Below, piece by piece: positions 62,145 to 64,000 of a DNA stretch of 64,000 nucleotides. The stretch comes from an uncultured delta proteobacterium (lineage in GTDB: Bacteria; Myxococcota_A; UBA9160; UBA4427): NCBI GenBank assembly GCA_963822965.1, contig CAWGJT010000006.1, positions 768,001-832,000 on the forward strand, in the 5' to 3' direction. The position numbers and the translations under genes were made by a program. Position 1 is the first letter of the stretch, and every line of letters begins with the position of its first letter. Below the pieces are notes generated by a model. It saw only the letters and a list, made by a program, of their open reading frames with translations. It had not been told where the DNA came from and did no database searches.

Positions 62145-62162
62145 GCACCGCCAGGAGTCCCG

Positions 62163-63068
62163 ATGCCGAAGTTCGAGAACCTGCTCTACGAAGCCTCTCG
62201 CGGGCGGGCTCGCGTCACCCTGAACCGCCCGGAGAAGAGGAACGCCCTCTCCTGGCAGCTGCAGCGCGAGCTGTGCGAGGCCCTGTGGGAGGCGGACAAC
62301 GACCGGGAGGTGCACGCCGTGCTGCTGCGGGGCGCGGGCCCGTCGTTCTGCGCCGGCTACGACCTGGCTCCCGAGCCGGGCGACCGGCCACCCCGGGGCG
62401 ACGCCGACCGCAAGTATCGCGGCTATCGCAGCTTCGAGGACGACGCCTGGCAGCTCGAGCGGGAGCAGCGCATGCGCATGGCGATCTTCGACATGCACAA
62501 GCCGGTGGTCGCCCAGGTGCACGGCCATTGCCTGGCCGGCGGGACCGACATCGCGCTGCTCTGCGACATGATCATCGCGGCCGACGACGCGGTGTTCGGC
62601 TTCCCGCCGGCACGCGATCTCGGCGCGCTTCCCAACAACATGTGGCTCTACAACGTCGGCCCCCAGTGGGCGAAGCGGCTCACCCTGACGGGCGACACGA
62701 TCACCGGGGCGGAGGCCGCCAGGATCGGGCTGGTATTGAAGTCTGTTCCGGCGGACCTGCTCGAGGCCGAGGTCGAGGGCCTGGTCGACCGGCTGGCGCA
62801 GATCGACGTGGAGCTGCTGGCCGCCAACAAGCGGATCATCAACCTGGGCCTCGAGCTGATGGGGGCTCGCACCCTGCAGCGCCTCGCCGCGGAGAACGAC
62901 GCGCGCGGGCACCAGACCCCGAGCGCCGCCGGCTTCCGCAAGGCCGCGGTCGAGAAGGGCCTGAAGGAGGCGATCCGCGAGCGGGACGCGAAGTTCGGCG
63001 ACGGACGCGCCCGGGTCGAAGGTCCCGAGATCCGGGACGCGCGGGGCTTCCTGGTCGACGAGGACTGA
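62163..63068 (+). CDS. Crotonase/enoyl-CoA hydratase family protein
   Basis: LNRPEKRNALS, FCAGYDL, QVHGHCLAGG. Confidence 0.92.
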   Translation: MPKFENLLYEASRGRARVTLNRPEKRNALSWQLQRELCEALWEADNDREVHAVLLRGAGPSFCAGYDLAPEPGDRPPRGDADRKYRGYRSFEDDAWQLEREQRMRMAIFDMHKPVVAQVHGHCLAGGTDIALLCDMIIAADDAVFGFPPARDLGALPNNMWLYNVGPQWAKRLTLTGDTITGAEAARIGLVLKSVPADLLEAEVEGLVDRLAQIDVELLAANKRIINLGLELMGARTLQRLAAENDARGHQTPSAAGFRKAAVEKGLKEAIRERDAKFGDGRARVEGPEIRDARGFLVDED

Positions 63069-63147
63069 ACCGAGACGAGGTCGTCCGACGGACCCGCGTC
63101 GGACCGGCCGTCGGGATCGCGGCACGACCCATCCCGGAAGGAGAACC

Positions 63148-64000
63148 ATGGCGAAGCGCACGACGCCCTCGGGCGGCCTCGAAGGCACGGCGGTCCTGGT
63201 GACCGGCGGTGGCACCGGCATCGGCCGCGCCTGCGCGGCACGCCTCGCGGCGGACGGCGCCGCGGTCACCATCTGCGGCCGGACGGAGGCGAAGCTCCGG
63301 GACGCCGCCAAGCAGATCGAGGCGGCCGCCGGCCACGGCGGCAGCGTGCAGTGGCTCACCGCCGACGTGACCGAGGAAGACGACGTGCAGGCGGCCGTCG
63401 CCCGGGCGCTCGAGCCCACCGGGGCCCTGGACGGCTGCGTGGCCAACGCGGGCGGCGGAGGCGGCATCGGCCCCTATCACGTGCAGGACACGAAGGAGTT
63501 CCTGCGCGTCCTGCACCTGAACGTGCTCGGCACGATGCTCTGCGTGAAGCACAGCGTGCCCCACCTGGTGGCGAACGGCGGCGGCTCCTTCGTCGGCATG
63601 TCCTCCATCGCCGGCCACGTCACGCACCTCTGGTTCGGCGCCTACACGGTGTCCAAGGGCGGCATCGAGCAGATGATGCGGAACGCGGCGGACGAGTACG
63701 GAAAGCACCGCGTCCGCTTCAACTCGATCCGGCCCGGGTTCATCAGCACCGAGCTGATGGCCGGCGTGCCCCGGGACAGCGACGTGTACCGCAGCTACAT
63801 CGAGAACACGCCGATGCAGGACGTCGGCGAGCCCGAGGACGTCGCGAACCTGTGCCGCTTCCTGATGGGCCCGGAATCGCGCTGGATCACGGGCACCGCG
63901 ATCAACGTCGACGGCGGCCACGCCCTGCGTCGCGGCCCCGACTTCACCCAGTTCGCCGAGGCGATCCACGGCCGCGACGTGCTCGACGGCAAGAAGCCCG
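63148..64000 (+). CDS. SDR family oxidoreductase (runs off window end)
   Basis: AAGGAG RBS; manual translation MAKRTT..VLVTGGGTGIG, ANAG, YTVSKGG, ITG..INVDGG. Confidence 0.9.
   Translation, partial: MAKRTTPSGGLEGTAVLVTGGGTGIGRACAARLAADGAAVTICGRTEAKLRDAAKQIEAAAGHGGSVQWLTADVTEEDDVQAAVARALEPTGALDGCVANAGGGGGIGPYHVQDTKEFLRVLHLNVLGTMLCVKHSVPHLVANGGGSFVGMSSIAGHVTHLWFGAYTVSKGGIEQMMRNAADEYGKHRVRFNSIRPGFISTELMAGVPRDSDVYRSYIENTPMQDVGEPEDVANLCRFLMGPESRWITGTAINVDGGHALRRGPDFTQFAEAIHGRDVLDGKKP

Overview
Very GC-rich bacterial DNA. Gene content suggests a Myxococcota/Binatia-like organism, but this is inference only. The window has two parts. (1) 1-19.7 kb is a mobile island. It holds two tandem pairs of ISNCY/IS481-like elements (TGT...ACA ends), truncated IS256 and IS1595 remnants, an IS91-family HUH transposase and an IS630-type MITE. 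It also has three copies of an ~80-bp sequence that resembles the IS91 oriIS end. Between two of those copies lies an intact 11-kb operon of exported proteins: a small Cys-rich protein, a ~2060-aa Ig-repeat/NHL protein, a lipoprotein, a Zn-phospholipase C/P1-nuclease-fold protein and a PpiC-like foldase. The IS91 transposase carries two in-frame 48-bp inserts that differ in sequence but share one architecture: CGCG, 17-nt hairpin, 8 nt, 17-nt hairpin, CGCG. (2) 20-64 kb looks like core chromosome: fatty-acid/CoA catabolism genes, an nsrR-ABM-nnrS NO-stress module with an NsrR box, gdhA, a partial aryl-polyene-like type II FAS/PKS cluster with a fused double dehydratase, several lipoproteins (caspase-family, cytochrome c, DUF3604, DUF4156), two TauD-family dioxygenases, SDRs and an aldehyde dehydrogenase. 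Many genes at 20-31 and 43-47 kb, plus single genes near 53 and 59 kb, are frameshifted, most likely from sequencing or consensus indels. No rRNA, tRNA or CRISPR array was seen.
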